A DNA stretch of 64,000 nt from Nitrospinota bacterium. Lineage in GTDB: Bacteria > Nitrospinota > Nitrospinia > Nitrospinales > VA-1. The notes below the pieces were generated by a model, which made no database searches, was not told where the DNA came from, and saw only the letters and a program-made list of their open reading frames with translations. Positions within the stretch are counted from its first letter, which is position 1. The number at the start of each line of letters is the position of its first letter. Of the stretch, positions 1 to 9,067 are shown piece after piece. Both the position numbers and the translations under genes were made by a program. The stretch is taken from contig JAYNIA010000006.1 of assembly GCA_038108555.1 (NCBI GenBank), forward strand, positions 1-64,000. The letters run 5' to 3'.

Positions 1-546
1 TTCCAGAAAACTGCTGAAAAGTTTTTCTCCTTCAGCTGTAAATTTTTCCCATAAGGATTTGGCGGTGTCATCAGGGTCAATGGCAATAGTTTCCTGCGAT
101 ATTATGGGGCCTGAATCAATTCCTTCATCCATCCAGTGGATTGTGACACCGGTTTCAGTTTCTCCATTAAAAATTGCATGTGCGGTCGAATATCTTCCCC
201 TGTATTTTGGTAGTAGGGCGGGATGGATGTTTACACAACCCAATCGGGGAATCTCCAAAATTTCCTTTGGAATTAATCTGGTTCCTCCTATACAAAATAC
301 TATTTCGGGTTGAAAATTTTTTAAGGAGGTGATCAGGGTTGGATCGTTCAATTTTTTGTCTTGTATGATTTTCAAATTTTCTGCGCGTGCATACTTCAAA
401 AGAGAATCATGAAATTTATTGTCCTCTCCCTCATCGTCAGGGTTCCCCATAACCCATTCAGGACGTATGTTTTTTTTCAGGAGTCTTTTGAGGCAATTCA
501 CTCCCAGTTGTTTTCCGCCTATAAAAATGCAACGAGATGAAGTCAT
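1..546 (-). CDS. Formyltransferase (Fmt/ArnA N-terminal-like), probably a sugar N-formyltransferase; runs off the window edge
   Basis: Manual translation from ATG at 546: MTSSRCIFIGGKQLG...GCVNIHPALLPKYRGRYS...GETETGVTIHWMDEGIDSGPII. This contains the HPxLLPxYRG and DxG formyltransferase motifs. Absent from the ORF track because it has no stop in the window. Confidence 0.85.
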   Translation of the reverse strand, partial: MTSSRCIFIGGKQLGVNCLKRLLKKNIRPEWVMGNPDDEGEDNKFHDSLLKYARAENLKIIQDKKLNDPTLITSLKNFQPEIVFCIGGTRLIPKEILEIPRLGCVNIHPALLPKYRGRYSTAHAIFNGETETGVTIHWMDEGIDSGPIISQETIAIDPDDTAKSLWEKFTAEGEKLFSSFLE

Positions 547-588
547 TTAATCTTGGTTAATGGGAAAATTATTTTTCACGGAATGGCC

Positions 589-1797
589 CTATTGGCTTTT
601 AAAGATACCCCATATATCCACCAATTCGACTCTTTTCGGAAATTTTAGCTTCTTGTAGGCAGAATGAGGGGCTCCAATAATTATAATGTCGCAGGTTTTT
701 ACAAGTTCTTCTTTTGAAATGAACGTAGGATCTTTAGCGAACTCATCTGTGTAGGAAACTTTGGCTCCGTGAAACCGTAAAATTTTCCCCAATTTATAGG
801 ACAAGGAATCTCGCGTATCATCAATATCCGCCTTAAATGCCATTCCCAATATTCCTATTTTCTTTTTAGTTAGGTCATGTTTATGGCGAAGGCTTTCAAC
901 AATGTAGTTGGGTAACCCTTCATTGACCATCATGGCTGCATGGCCCAGGAAAAAATTGTTGTTGTTAAATGCAGCAAGTTGCATGGTGTCCTTAAGAAGA
1001 CAGGGGCCTGCAGCAAAGCCTGCGCTGGGTATATTGTAAGCGCGCCCATATCCATCTGACATCACCTGGCGGATTCGATTGAAATCCATATTAAAATCAT
1101 TGGCAATCATATAGAACTGATTTGTAATCGAGAATTGTATGTAGCGCCAGGCATTGGTGAACAGTTTGACGAGTTCCGCCTCCTCCATTTTTACTTTGAT
1201 AATTTTCGGTGCAATTTTAGCGAATAGCTTTGCTGCATTGCTTTGTGCTTTGGGTGTCAGTCCGGCTACCAGTTGTGGAAGTTCATTGAGCTCCTGGATT
1301 GCATATCCCTGGGCAATTCGCTCAGGGCAATAAGCCAGTTGGATTCCCTTTTTGGCTCCGCCGAGGATGTTAAAGACCTGCTGACAGGTTCGCGGATAAA
1401 CGGTGCTTCTAATAATAATTGTTTGGTCTTTTGTTAGATGTTTTTTTAGGTCTTTAAAGAACTCCAGAAAAATTCGAACATTGGGATTCAGGTATTCATC
1501 CACCGGAGTTCCAATGGCAACAATAATATGTTTGGCTCTGGAGACGCATTTTATGTCGGAAGAAACAATTAATTTATCTTTCTTTTTGACCAGCTTTTTC
1601 AGGATGGGGTCGGCCCCGTATTCAATGAAGGGCATGATTCCATTTTCAACCAACTCTCCATTTTTTGTATTGGTGTCATAGAGGCAGACTTTAAGTCCTT
1701 TTTCGGCAAATGCTATTCCAAGTGGCAGGCCAACATGTCCCAGTCCACCAATAATGACTACATCTGATTTTGTATTTTTTTCCGTATTTTTTGCCAT
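589..1797 (-). CDS. Nucleotide-sugar 6-dehydrogenase (UDP-glucose/GDP-mannose dehydrogenase family, WecC-like)
   Basis: GGLGHVGLP Rossmann motif, CPERI, AGPCLLKD catalytic Cys, GMAFKADIDDTRDS. Confidence 0.9.
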   Translation of the reverse strand: MAKNTEKNTKSDVVIIGGLGHVGLPLGIAFAEKGLKVCLYDTNTKNGELVENGIMPFIEYGADPILKKLVKKKDKLIVSSDIKCVSRAKHIIVAIGTPVDEYLNPNVRIFLEFFKDLKKHLTKDQTIIIRSTVYPRTCQQVFNILGGAKKGIQLAYCPERIAQGYAIQELNELPQLVAGLTPKAQSNAAKLFAKIAPKIIKVKMEEAELVKLFTNAWRYIQFSITNQFYMIANDFNMDFNRIRQVMSDGYGRAYNIPSAGFAAGPCLLKDTMQLAAFNNNNFFLGHAAMMVNEGLPNYIVESLRHKHDLTKKKIGILGMAFKADIDDTRDSLSYKLGKILRFHGAKVSYTDEFAKDPTFISKEELVKTCDIIIIGAPHSAYKKLKFPKRVELVDIWGIFKSQ

Positions 1798-1866
1798 GTT
1801 CTAACCGTTAAAAGTTTGAATATTCATATTGGGAAAAAACCTTTTCAGGTCCTTTGTAAAGAAAAA

Positions 1867-2844
1867 TTATTTCGGGCGTTCGCTTTCGTGCTTGGTATAC
1901 CAATCTATGGAGGGTTTGAGAGCCTCCTCAAAACTATATTTAGGTTGGTATCCTAATTTTTTAATTTTTGAGATGTCAGGACAACGGCGTGCAGCGCTTC
2001 CCTGAGTCAATGGGCCAGGTACAAGGTTGATCTGTCTTCCCATTGCTGATATTACTTTTTCAGCCACGCTTGCAATGGGTAACTCTTCCTGGGTTCCTAC
2101 ATGATAAACTTCCTGATGCTTTCCTTTTTCAATGGCCAAAGCCAGTCCATCCGTAAAGTCATCGATGTAAACAAACGCCCGGGTTTCTGTCCCCTGTCCC
2201 TGAATAGGGAAGTCGATAGGTCCCTCATGTTGTTTCTGCACCATGTCGTGGGCTCTAAGAATGAATTGGGGAACCACATGCTCCCATCCCATATCCGGGC
2301 CAAAAACGTTATGGGGTCGAATTATTAATACACGCTCAAAATCTTTTCTTCCGTAATTCAGAGCCAGGAGTTCGGAGATGATTTTGCCTCCACCATAGGA
2401 ATATCGAGGATTTTGAACATCAGGGACTATTAAAGGCACATCTTCCGGAGTTGGAATGACAGGAGGTTCCTGATAAACCTCAGAACTGGAAATGAGGATC
2501 AAGTCTTTTATGTTGTTTGCCTGGCAAGCATCCAGAACATTGACCATTCCTTTGACACCGACTTCCAAAACGAGTTCGGGTTTGGAGTAGAAAAATTCGG
2601 TGCCATTAATAAATGCCATGTGAACCACCGAGTCACAGCCTTTGGCGGCTTTTTCAACAACGAGAGGGTCTCGAATATCTCCTACGGTCATTTCAAATTG
2701 ACCTTCTACATCTGTCAGGCGGTTTCTTCGTCCACGCGATTCGTTGTCCAGTACACGGACATTATGTCCTTCGCTCAATAGTTTTTTTACCAGACTGGCA
2801 CCTAAAAACCCGGTTCCCCCGGTTACTAAAAATTTTTGTTTCAT
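1867..2844 (-). CDS. NAD-dependent epimerase/dehydratase (extended SDR, UDP-glucuronate decarboxylase-like)
   Basis: TGGTGFLG, SSSEVY, YGGGK (YxxxK), RPHNVFGP, RRCPDISK. Confidence 0.85.
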   Translation of the reverse strand: MKQKFLVTGGTGFLGASLVKKLLSEGHNVRVLDNESRGRRNRLTDVEGQFEMTVGDIRDPLVVEKAAKGCDSVVHMAFINGTEFFYSKPELVLEVGVKGMVNVLDACQANNIKDLILISSSEVYQEPPVIPTPEDVPLIVPDVQNPRYSYGGGKIISELLALNYGRKDFERVLIIRPHNVFGPDMGWEHVVPQFILRAHDMVQKQHEGPIDFPIQGQGTETRAFVYIDDFTDGLALAIEKGKHQEVYHVGTQEELPIASVAEKVISAMGRQINLVPGPLTQGSAARRCPDISKIKKLGYQPKYSFEEALKPSIDWYTKHESERPK

Positions 2845-2878
2845 ATCAGTTTTTTGGTTTGTACAAATTTAAATTTAT

Positions 2879-3430
2879 TTAAAAGCCCTTGATACACCCT
2901 CGGAGTGAAGCCAGGGCTAGTAATGAAACTTGAGGGCAGCTATTGAACCTTCCATCCAGAACCATTTGTCGAAGTTCCTCGATATCAGTCCAGATCAGTT
3001 TTATTCTGGGTTCAATGATCACGGTAGAATCAATTTTTGAATTGGGTGCAAAATAACAAAAAAACCGGTTGTCCAGACGTCCCGGATCGGGAGTGAGTAT
3101 TCCCAATAGTTCAATTTGAGATGAGACCAAACCCGTTTCCTCCCGAAGTTCCTTCAATGCAGTTTTTTCAGGAGAATCGTTTGAGTCCACCAATCCTCCA
3201 GGCAATTCGATTGTATGGCATTCCAAAGAAGGTCGATATTGTTTGACCAGTGGGATTTTGAGTTCGGGAGTGATTGCCAGGACGCTTATATAGTCATAAG
3301 GACGAACACTATGATAGGTTTCGGCAACTTCTTCCTGGGAAAATTTTACATCGCGTTTTACCAGAGTCAGCCATTTGGAAATTGAAGTTTCCTGTTTGTC
3401 TACAATGCTGGGAAAGGGTTTTTTATTCAT
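2879..3430 (-). CDS. NUDIX hydrolase (ADP-ribose pyrophosphatase-like)
   Basis: Nudix box PGGLVDSNDSPEKTALKELREETG and LVKQYR. Confidence 0.9.
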   Translation of the reverse strand: MNKKPFPSIVDKQETSISKWLTLVKRDVKFSQEEVAETYHSVRPYDYISVLAITPELKIPLVKQYRPSLECHTIELPGGLVDSNDSPEKTALKELREETGLVSSQIELLGILTPDPGRLDNRFFCYFAPNSKIDSTVIIEPRIKLIWTDIEELRQMVLDGRFNSCPQVSLLALASLRGCIKGF

Positions 3431-3463
3431 TAAACCAGAGCGTTTATTGTTCTCAGCCGTTTC

Positions 3464-4768
3464 TTAAGCTTTTATAATTTTTTCAGATTTGATTTTGTGG
3501 CAAGCATTTCTCGTGTCGACAACAATGTTCGATTTTTCCACGATGGTGTCGTAATCGTAAATATTGTGATCGGTCAAAATAACGGTTAAATCGTATTCAT
3601 TAAGGCTATCGAGCGATACGCTTTTTTTGCCGACGAATTGCTTGTATTCACGGACAGGCATGATTTGCGGAATGTAAGGGTCATTGTAGTCTACATTCGC
3701 ACCATTGTTGTTCAGCAGGTCCATGATTTTGAAAGTGACTGATTCGCGATGATCGTCCACATTCTTTTTATAGGCCAAACCCAGTAATAATATTTTGCTG
3801 TCTTTTACACTTTTTCCAATTCGGTTCAGGGCGAGAAAAATTTTCTGCATGACATACTCCGGCATGGAAATATTCACTTCACCGGCAAGCTCAATGAACC
3901 GGGTGCTTACTTTATATTCTCTTGCTTTCCAGGTCAGATAAAAGGGGTCAATTGGAATGCAGTGACCTCCCAGGCCGGGGCCGGGATAAAACGGCATGAA
4001 CCCGAAAGGTTTGGTGCTGGAAGCTTCGATCACTTCCCAGACATCAATACCCATTTTATCGAAAACCACTTTCAACTCATTGACCAGTGCAATATTTACC
4101 GACCGGAAAATGTTTTCCATCAGCTTGGTTGCTTCCGCAACCCTTGTGCTGGAAACAGGAACCGTTGTTTGGATGATGCATGCATAAAGGGCTTCGCTGG
4201 TTTCTCGACCTACCGGATGGTCTGAACCAATGACCTTGGGGATTGAGGATGTGGTGAAATCTTTATTGTTGGGGTCTTCCCGTTCCGGGGAATAGGCGAC
4301 ATAAAAATCTTCGTTGCCCTTCAATCCACTGCCAGCTTCCAGTTCGGGTAATAATACTTCCTGAGTGGTTCCCGGATAAGTGGTCGATTCCAAGACAATA
4401 AGTTGGCCATTTTTCATATGGGGAGAGATTTGTTTCGCGGTGGAAACAATATAACTCATATCCGGTTCCCTGTTTTTGCTGAGAGGGGTGGGAACGCAGA
4501 TGAGAATGCAATCCAGTTCTCTTGCCAGGGCAAAATTTGTGCTGCCCCTGAATTTCCCCACATCATTCAATCCTTTGATTTTTTCATCTGGAATATGCTT
4601 GATAAAGCTTTTGCCTTGTTCCAGAGATTCTATTTTCCTGGAATCAATATCCAGCCCGGTTACCGAAAAACCTGCTTTGCAAAACTCAATGACGAGGGGC
4701 AAACCAACATAACCCAGCCCAATGACCCCAATTTTTGCATCTTTTTTCTGTATTTTTTCAAGCAGCAC
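3464..4768 (-). CDS. wbpA: UDP-N-acetylglucosamine 6-dehydrogenase (WbpA-like); GTG start
   Basis: GLGYVGLPL, ICVPTPL, LESTTYPGTT, SPEREDP, GPGLGGHCIPIDPFYLTWKARE. Confidence 0.85.
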   Translation of the reverse strand: MLLEKIQKKDAKIGVIGLGYVGLPLVIEFCKAGFSVTGLDIDSRKIESLEQGKSFIKHIPDEKIKGLNDVGKFRGSTNFALARELDCILICVPTPLSKNREPDMSYIVSTAKQISPHMKNGQLIVLESTTYPGTTQEVLLPELEAGSGLKGNEDFYVAYSPEREDPNNKDFTTSSIPKVIGSDHPVGRETSEALYACIIQTTVPVSSTRVAEATKLMENIFRSVNIALVNELKVVFDKMGIDVWEVIEASSTKPFGFMPFYPGPGLGGHCIPIDPFYLTWKAREYKVSTRFIELAGEVNISMPEYVMQKIFLALNRIGKSVKDSKILLLGLAYKKNVDDHRESVTFKIMDLLNNNGANVDYNDPYIPQIMPVREYKQFVGKKSVSLDSLNEYDLTVILTDHNIYDYDTIVEKSNIVVDTRNACHKIKSEKIIKA

Positions 4769-4928
4769 AACTTACTCCTGGCAAAGAATTTTATTTCAGA
4801 CAAACAGGTCTATTTATTTTCGGCAATTTCGGCTTTTCTCGTTAGGAATTTGTACTTTTATGTAAGGTTTTGCAGAAAAATTACCCGTTTTAAGCGGGAT
4901 GGCTCATTTATTTAAAAGAATTGGAAAA

Positions 4929-6458
4929 TCAGAGGGTTTTGATGGTTTTTCCGCATTCGCTACAATGATTATTTTCGTCAAGTTTATGGCCGCAATTACA
5001 CATCCATCCCTGGAGCCTGGCGGGGTTTCCATAGACCAGGGCATTGTCGGGAACATCTTGAGTAACCACCGACCCGGCTCCTATAAAAGCGTGTTTTCCA
5101 ATAGTGATCCCGCAAAGAATGGTTGAGTTGGCACCAATAGTGGCTCCTTCCCGGACTAGGGTTTTTAATATTTCACTTTTCCTGGGAATCGCACTTCGGG
5201 GGTTTATAACATTGGTAAAAACGCAGGAAGGACCGCAGAAAACATTGTTTTCCAGTGTTACCCCGGGGTAAACGGAAACATTATTTTGGATTTTGACGTT
5301 ATTTCCTACCTTTACATCTGGGCCGATGACCACATTTTGACCTATATTGGCCTTTTCTCCAATTTGCGTATTTTTCAAGATATGTGAAAAATGCCAGATC
5401 TTTGTGCCTGCTCCAATCTCGCAGTTTTCATCGATCAAACTGCTTTCATGGATAAAAAATGTTTTTTTTTGAGCGGGGTCGCTTACTTTGTCCATGCTGG
5501 ATTGCGCCCTTTGCAAAACCTTTAAAACTCTCAAGCCTTCCTCGCCATCGGTAAGAGCCTGTTGCCCGTTGATGGCATTTATGAACGCGCGACATTCGTT
5601 AGTTAAAGGCTCCACCCAGTCATTTGTTAGGTCGATAGGAGAGCCGTCTTTTTTTTCAGGAATGGGGACTCCCCCTTTCCAGGAAATCTGATGGGGATAG
5701 AGCATGAGCTTTTGCTCAATTGGGGCCGTGTCGTCAAAAACCACCATTTTTCGGTCCCCGATAATAACCATTTTCTGTTCTTTAAAGGGGTGCAGCCAGG
5801 AGACAAAAATATGGGCACCGACACCCGATGCAAATTTCAAATTGGTCACCGTGGTGTCTGCAATTTCTGGATGGAGGATGTTGGTTCCTGTTGCGGTTAC
5901 ATCTATGGGCTCTTCCCCCACCAGAGAGAGGATTACTGAAATGTCATGCGGAGCGAAGGACCAGAGGATATTTTCCTCACGCCTGATTTTCCCCAGATTG
6001 AGACGGTTCGAATAAATGTATTGGAGTTTGCCCAGTTCTCCTTCCTGGAGCATCTTTTTGATGGTTTGAACCGCCAGATGGTATTGAAGAATATGGCCGA
6101 CAAACAGAACTTTTCCCTGTTGTTTGGCAATTTGAACCAACTCTTCCCCTTCCTGGGCGGTTATGGACAAAGGTTTTTCTACAAAAACATGTTTGTCTGC
6201 CAGAAGTGATTTTTTTGCCAGGGAATAATGTTGTTCTGCTGGGGCGGCGATTACTATGGCGTTAATATCAGGAGAGGTCAGGATTTCTGAAAAGTTGGTT
6301 GTGGTGGTGATTCCTGGATATTCAGCAGCTTTCTTTGAAAGAGTTTCCTCAGAAGAATCGCAAATGGTATTTAATATCCCCAGTTCATGGAAAACCCGGG
6401 CCAGATTTTTGCCCCAATGACCGGCTCCAATAAGTGCCAGTTTAATTTTATCTCCCAA
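4929..6458 (-). CDS. Gfo/Idh/MocA oxidoreductase (WbpB-like) fused to a hexapeptide N-acetyltransferase (WbpD-like)
   Basis: N-terminus GAGHWG...VEKP...SFAPHD. C-terminus IGAGTKIWHFSHI, VKIQNNVSVY, FCGPSCVFTNVINPRS, GNPARLQGWMCNCG...CSECG. TTG start is uncertain. Confidence 0.85.
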   Translation of the reverse strand: MGDKIKLALIGAGHWGKNLARVFHELGILNTICDSSEETLSKKAAEYPGITTTTNFSEILTSPDINAIVIAAPAEQHYSLAKKSLLADKHVFVEKPLSITAQEGEELVQIAKQQGKVLFVGHILQYHLAVQTIKKMLQEGELGKLQYIYSNRLNLGKIRREENILWSFAPHDISVILSLVGEEPIDVTATGTNILHPEIADTTVTNLKFASGVGAHIFVSWLHPFKEQKMVIIGDRKMVVFDDTAPIEQKLMLYPHQISWKGGVPIPEKKDGSPIDLTNDWVEPLTNECRAFINAINGQQALTDGEEGLRVLKVLQRAQSSMDKVSDPAQKKTFFIHESSLIDENCEIGAGTKIWHFSHILKNTQIGEKANIGQNVVIGPDVKVGNNVKIQNNVSVYPGVTLENNVFCGPSCVFTNVINPRSAIPRKSEILKTLVREGATIGANSTILCGITIGKHAFIGAGSVVTQDVPDNALVYGNPARLQGWMCNCGHKLDENNHCSECGKTIKTL

Positions 6459-6775
6459 AAATTCTCTCCTGATATTTGTAAAAATACGAAAAACTCAGGA
6501 AAAATTATATCTCATGAAGAAAGCAATAACAATTTAAAAAACAAAATGTTACGATGTATCGAGGTGAGTCCGTACTCGGTTTGGGGCCTCAATTTTATTT
6601 GGTCCTGAGAGCAAATAAAAAATAAACCGGGAGATCTGTCGTCCTACAGATAAGCTCATGTTTTTAAATTAAAAATCCGCTGAATTGAGCATGAATTGAC
6701 GTTTCAAAAAGAGGAAATGGTGCGGAACTAATTTTCGCAGTAGATGGTAGGAATTGCCACTTAAGGAGTTTTCGA

Positions 6776-7801
6776 ATGGGGATTTTTGAAGGAAAGACTA
6801 TTTTAGTTACCGGGGGCACCGGTTCTTTTGGTGGTTATTTTGTCAACTACCTTCTCGATAAAGATTTTAAAGAAATCAGAGTCTTTAGCAGGGATGAGTT
6901 GAAGCAAGAGGAAATGCGGCTAAAGTTCCAAAACCCCAAAATAAAATTTTATATTGGGGATATCAGAGACCGGGGCAGTGTGGACGATGCCATGTCCGGA
7001 GTTGACTATGTGTTCCACGCTGCGGCGCTGAAGCAGGTACCCACCTGTGAATTTTTTCCGATGCAGGCCACGCAAACAAATGTGCTGGGGAGTCGAAACG
7101 TAATTGACTCTGCTATCAGTCATAAAGTTTCCAAAGTGGTCAGCCTCAGTACCGACAAGGCGGTTTATCCTGTCAATGCACTTGGTTTAACAAAAGCCTT
7201 AATGGAAAAGGTAGTGGAATCCTCCGCAAGAAACCTGGGGGAGGACGATACTGTATTAAGCATCGTACGCTACGGAAACGTTTTGTTTTCCCGGGGATCG
7301 GTGATTCCTCTTTTTCTAAAACAGATCAAAGAGAAAAAACCCATTTCAGTCACTGAACCTGATATGACAAGATTTCTTCTTCCCTTAAAAGAAGCTACGG
7401 GATTGGTGACCTTCGCTTTGGAGCATGGCCGGCAGGGAGATATTTTTGTCCGCAAAGCGCCTTCCTGCTCCATTGGCAATCTTGCACAGGCCGTAAAGAA
7501 TATTTTTAAATCAGATTCTGAAATCAAAATTATGGGGATGCGGCACGGAGAAAAGCTTTATGAAACCCTTGCTTCAAAAGGCGAGCTATTGAGATCTGAA
7601 GATATGGGGGATTATTTAAGAGTGAGTATTGATGGCCGGGACCTGAATTACAACAAATATCTCAACGAAGGGGATGTGAAAATAAGCCAAACAGAGGATT
7701 ATAACTCTCAGAATACGGCGCAAATGTCAGTTGGAGAGATCGAGGAAATGTTGTTGAACCAACCCGAGATAATTGCTGAAATGAAAAAACGGGGGTCTTA
7801 A
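6776..7801 (+). CDS. UDP-GlcNAc 4,6-dehydratase/epimerase (FnlA/CapE/WbjB-like)
   Basis: TGGTGSFG, FSRDELKQ, FHAAALKQVPTCEFFP, LSTDKAVYPVN, RYGNV, RHGEKLYE, RDLNY; RBS AAGGAG upstream. Confidence 0.85.
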   Translation: MGIFEGKTILVTGGTGSFGGYFVNYLLDKDFKEIRVFSRDELKQEEMRLKFQNPKIKFYIGDIRDRGSVDDAMSGVDYVFHAAALKQVPTCEFFPMQATQTNVLGSRNVIDSAISHKVSKVVSLSTDKAVYPVNALGLTKALMEKVVESSARNLGEDDTVLSIVRYGNVLFSRGSVIPLFLKQIKEKKPISVTEPDMTRFLLPLKEATGLVTFALEHGRQGDIFVRKAPSCSIGNLAQAVKNIFKSDSEIKIMGMRHGEKLYETLASKGELLRSEDMGDYLRVSIDGRDLNYNKYLNEGDVKISQTEDYNSQNTAQMSVGEIEEMLLNQPEIIAEMKKRGS

Positions 7802-8820
7802 GAAGAGGACCGCTTGACCTGATAGTAATCCAAATACCAATCAATAAAATTCTTTATTCCTTCCTTAATGGTCCACTTCGGGGTGTAGTCGAAATCCCGA
7901 ATCAAATCTGCAACATCCGCATGTGATTTTTTTACATCCCCACTTTGCATCGGCATCATATTCAACTCGGCCTGCATACCAAGATTATTTTCTATCTCGC
8001 GCACATATTCCATCAATTGGATGGGGGAGTTCGATCCAATATTGTAAAGCCTGTAAGGTGCGGAAGAAGAGGCGGGATTGGGGTTGTCGCCTTTCCAGTC
8101 AGGATCGGGTTGGGGCGGTTTTTTTACAATGCGGACAACTCCTTCGACAATGTCGTCTATATAAGTAAAGTCCCTTTCCATATCGCCGTTGTTGTAAACA
8201 TCAATCGGTTTGCCGGCAAGAATGTTCTTGGTGAAAAGGAACAGGGCCATGTCCGGTCGCCCCCAGGGTCCATATACTGTGAAAAACCTGAGTCCTGTCG
8301 TAGGGATTCCATACAGATGGGAATAAGAGTGGGCCATCAGTTCATTCGATACCTTGGTGGCTCCGTAAAAAGAGACGGGATGGCTGACATCGTCTTGAAC
8401 GGAAAAAGGGTAATTTGTGTTTAAGCCATAAACAGAACTGCTTGAAGCGTAGACCAGATGTTCAACATTGTTATGTCGGCATCCTTCAAGAATATTGAAA
8501 GTGCCCACTATATTGCTCTGTATGTAAACTTCAGGATGCTCAATGGAATAACGAACCCCAGCCTGGGCCGCAAGATGAATGACACGGTTGGGGCAATTTT
8601 CCTGAAAAATTCGGTAAACACTCTCCTGATCTTCGAGGTTATTTTTAAAGAAGGTGAATGTGTCCCATTTCTCAAGTAATTTGAGGCGGTCAATTTTTAA
8701 ATTGACGTCATAGTAATCGTTGAGGTTGTCCAGGCCGATGACATCAAAGCCTGATTCAAGCAGTCGTATGGAGGTGTGAAAACCAATAAAGCCTGCTGCC
8801 CCGGTGACTAAAATTTTCAT
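7798..8820 (-). CDS. UDP-glucuronate 4-epimerase-type NAD-dependent epimerase
   Basis: TGAAGFIG, HLAAQAGVRYS, ASSSSVYG, LRFFTVYGPWGRPDMA, RDFTYIDDIVEG. Confidence 0.9.
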   Translation of the reverse strand: MKILVTGAAGFIGFHTSIRLLESGFDVIGLDNLNDYYDVNLKIDRLKLLEKWDTFTFFKNNLEDQESVYRIFQENCPNRVIHLAAQAGVRYSIEHPEVYIQSNIVGTFNILEGCRHNNVEHLVYASSSSVYGLNTNYPFSVQDDVSHPVSFYGATKVSNELMAHSYSHLYGIPTTGLRFFTVYGPWGRPDMALFLFTKNILAGKPIDVYNNGDMERDFTYIDDIVEGVVRIVKKPPQPDPDWKGDNPNPASSSAPYRLYNIGSNSPIQLMEYVREIENNLGMQAELNMMPMQSGDVKKSHADVADLIRDFDYTPKWTIKEGIKNFIDWYLDYYQVKRSSS

Positions 8821-9067
8821 ACTTAAAAATATCTAGATGGGTTGGGAGATTATCAATTCTCTCGGAAATTTCTTAAATCTGGAAAGAGATAAGATTGGAT
8901 GAGCCGGAGGGCCCCAAAAAAACCTTTCTGATTGATCATATTTTTTATTGGTTCGAGAATCAAGCGTAATTAAACCTCGCAATGATATTTAGTCGCAGGT
9001 ATAGTATTCACAAGTTTGTTACCTGAAAGTTTATCAAAAACGAATCCACTCCCCTGCGATTCCAAAA

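Noticed and set aside
1..546. Housekeeping methionyl-tRNA formyltransferase (fmt)
   Set aside because: It lacks the typical FMGTP N-terminus and sits in a nucleotide-sugar operon, so a sugar formyltransferase is more likely.
6459..6775. JUMPStart/ops element upstream of the glycan operons
   Set aside because: No GGCGGTAG-type match; only GATGGTAG and short hairpins that could occur by chance.
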